A stretch of DNA of 54,562 nt, counting the filler, from Jimgerdemannia flammicorona (Eukaryota): NCBI GenBank assembly GCA_003990765.1. It is 3 parts of 3 records of this genome, joined end to end, with 100 filler letters (N's around TTAATTAATTAA, not from the genome) between each part and the next. Parts side by side here need not be neighbours in the genome. Positions count along the whole stretch, not along the records: positions 36,443 to 54,562 come from RBNJ01002298.1; 2 more parts are not named here. The stretch is one strand, 5' to 3'. The notes beneath the pieces are model-generated. The model was not told the DNA's origin and made no database searches. It saw only the letters and a list, made by a program, of their open reading frames with translations. The position numbers and the translations under genes are program-made. Below, piece after piece: positions 52,091 to 54,562 of the stretch (its first letter is position 1; each line of letters begins with the position of its first letter).

Positions 52091-52693
52091 TGAAATCATC
52101 CAAGAGTTGGAGATCAATATGGTTTAGTAGTATGAGTGTAAGTTGTAAGTAGAGGTGTTCATAGAGTGTTTATGATATTTTGACCTTTATAATATAATAA
52201 GTCAAAATTATATATCTTGAAAGATAACTGATTATGATTTGGAAATCATATCATAAGGCTCTATATTATTATGAGAAATTTTTTCAAAATATCATATGCT
52301 ATTTCACTCAATTTTGACTTCCTCTATTATGATCAAATGTAAATGTCTATTCTCTGATTGTTATTCCTAATTTAGATCAACTATCACAATAGATGTCAAA
52401 AATAAATATTAAAAGTAAATATTAGAATTATAAAGTTCTATCTTAATAATTATATGTATACTATTATTACTCTTTAGATATTAACTTATTAAAAATATTC
52501 AATGACTTTAATTTCAATAAAAGTAATCAATGTTTTATTTGTTTATATTTATTTTTAACCTTTACAAATTATAGAAACTCTAATTCAAATTATCAGAATC
52601 AGCAGCAAATAACAAAGACCGGTTACTTTTTATTTTTAATTTTATTTAAGTTTGCAATAACAGATTCTGATCTTTGACATCAAGCTTTCTACT

Positions 52694-54482
52694 TTAATCG
52701 TCAAACGGTATCTTGGTGGCGCAAATTTTTCGGAATGTCTCTCGCATCTGTGATGCATTGACAACGAAAACGCACTGTGTAAATCCAATAATATTTTGCT
52801 TAACAAAAACATGCAGCCACCCAACATGTAATATTTTCTTACCTCGCATTCCAGAGCCTTATTTCCGTGAATATGCTGGAGAAAGGAGAGAGCGACCTCA
52901 CACCATACACGCGCGCTTGCTAAGTCGCTACCTCTACAGTAGTTTTGGAAGATGCAATGCAACTGTTAAGACTTCAGTCAAATTAAAGACATATAAAGTA
53001 ATTTAAGTGCGATAATACATACTGAAAATAATCAATGCCTTCGTTCCATGCCACTACCATCAAGTAGCGAATCTCATCCTGCGGATACTGGTCCTGGGAA
53101 CGCCACAGATTTAAAATGAGTCGTTTAATGTGACCACCAAATAAACGGTAACATGTATACTATTTAATCGCACCTTTGCCATGTCCTTCAAGTAAGCAAT
53201 AACTTGCGCAAAGTATGGCAATGCTGCGGGTTTGTTGCGCACCAAGGCCGCGGTGACAAGGATTCGCATCCAGCGAGCATATCGCACGAAATCGATTTTC
53301 TCTCGAGACAGAATAGCTTCGAGCACGAACTGATAATGATATTAGGAATCAAGAAAAATAACAATTAAATTAGACCCCAAACCTGGGAATTATCATAATA
53401 GAGTAATAATGCAAAAAAGAGCAGGAAGGAAGATGATGCAATATAGGGTGAGGAAAGTACATTGGATCGTAAATTCCCGCAGGAACACGGCTATACATAC
53501 CTGTAACATGATGAAAGTCACTGTGTGGGTGTGTACATGAATAATAAAAACGTGGTTATATATTGCGTCCTAAACACCAAGATCCGAAGGCTAGGCCCAC
53601 ACTAGACTTCTACCTGTGCTTGGGCAATCTGGCTCTTTCAACAGAATATCTGTGAGCAAAGAACATGCCATTATGAGGCAATGCTACAAAATAACAACAT
53701 TAAAAAATCAACGGTTTATATTTTCCTACCAGCCATTCGCTCGAATATGTGCAACGACAATTGCTTGAAACTATCTGCGACCTGTTCAATCATGCAGGGC
53801 TGTCAATCACACCTTTTTCGTATGCGGGCAATAATATTATTGCCATCCACTAACCTGTATCGTCTGTACGGCGTCCTCGTACTGCTTAAGTCGCACGTTT
53901 GCCTCAAACTCAAAAAGGAGTACGAGTCCGTCTGTGGGATCGCTGACTATAGAGTCCGTGGTCACGCTCACTGACAAGCTCGTCGCGACACTCTTGAGTC
54001 TTTTAAGTTTTTCAATGTCTTCAAGAACGATCTGATTTGTTTCATCATTTAGAACCGAGCCGTCAGGGTTGTGAATGTTTCTATCTGTCTAGTGTAGATG
54101 TATGATGATCTTCAATACCTACATGAATAATCTTGGGATCACGATCACAGTTTTCAAGCATGCGGGAAGCAATCGAAATGAATAGGCAAAGCTTCTTCCG
54201 GTGGATTGTGTCCATGGTTTCGGGCATTATCAAATCTAACAGCTGTTAGATAGGTTGCACGGGAATGATAAAAAAAAATGTTACAATTGTCCCGTTCGAG
54301 ATGGTAGGAGAGAGAGAGGAGGGAGTTTTTTTTTAAAAAAAAAAAAAAGCATAGTAAAATTAAGCATAAAATGTTGGTTGATCGAAACCGAATGTAGGAA
54401 CCTTAAATGCAATCCCTAGGAACCGATTTGTCAACGTGTCATCTTTCCACACTTCGCAGCTCTGCAGGCCAAAATTCCAAGC
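52694..54482 (-). CDS. SPO22: 3' exons of a ZIP4/SPO22/TEX11-like meiotic TPR protein (continues beyond the window)
   Basis: Spliced exons AWNFGLQS..., LLFEFEANVRL, DFVRYARWMRILV, DQYPQDEIRYLMVVAWNEGIDYF, ARVWCEVALSFLQHI and MRETFRKI...PFDD*; matches the YP..E..(W/Y)L...AWN.G...WC..AL C-terminal signature. Confidence 0.8.
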
Positions 54483-54531
54483 TAAGATATATACGTAAAT
54501 GAAAGTTGTAGATCAATTCGGCTAACCAGAG

Positions 54532-54562
<31 letters not shown>

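Overview
This is intron-containing fungal nuclear DNA, most likely Mucoromycota and possibly Endogonales (an inference from gene style and repeat content, not verified). It is a mosaic of CpG-retaining gene islands and CpG-depleted, TA-rich decayed repeats, with two 100-bp artificial scaffold joins. Recognisable host genes: a secreted protein made of about five BTRD1/polyglycine-hydrolase-type repeats; a family III CoA-transferase head-to-head with CHIP/STUB1; an epsin; an NDP-glucose 4,6-dehydratase; and the 3' part of a ZIP4/SPO22-like meiosis gene. Mobile DNA: an L1/Tx1-like LINE; several LTR-element remnants, one with an in-frame NC-dUTPase before the protease; a spliced hAT transposase plus a matching 132-bp MITE with 8-bp TSD; Sola-like and Harbinger-like relics; and two copies of a 1.17-kb non-coding retroposon. 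Best leads: (i) a decayed two-gene, TGA=Trp-compatible, Mollicutes-endosymbiont-like segment at about 47.2-48.9 kb; (ii) a RIP-like C->T signature confined to repeats that goes beyond CpG; (iii) the gag-dUTPase Ty3/gypsy element; (iv) the stand-alone, apparently permuted BTRD1 protein; (v) unknown extra ORFs inside LTR elements. All family assignments come from motif recognition by eye, with no database search.
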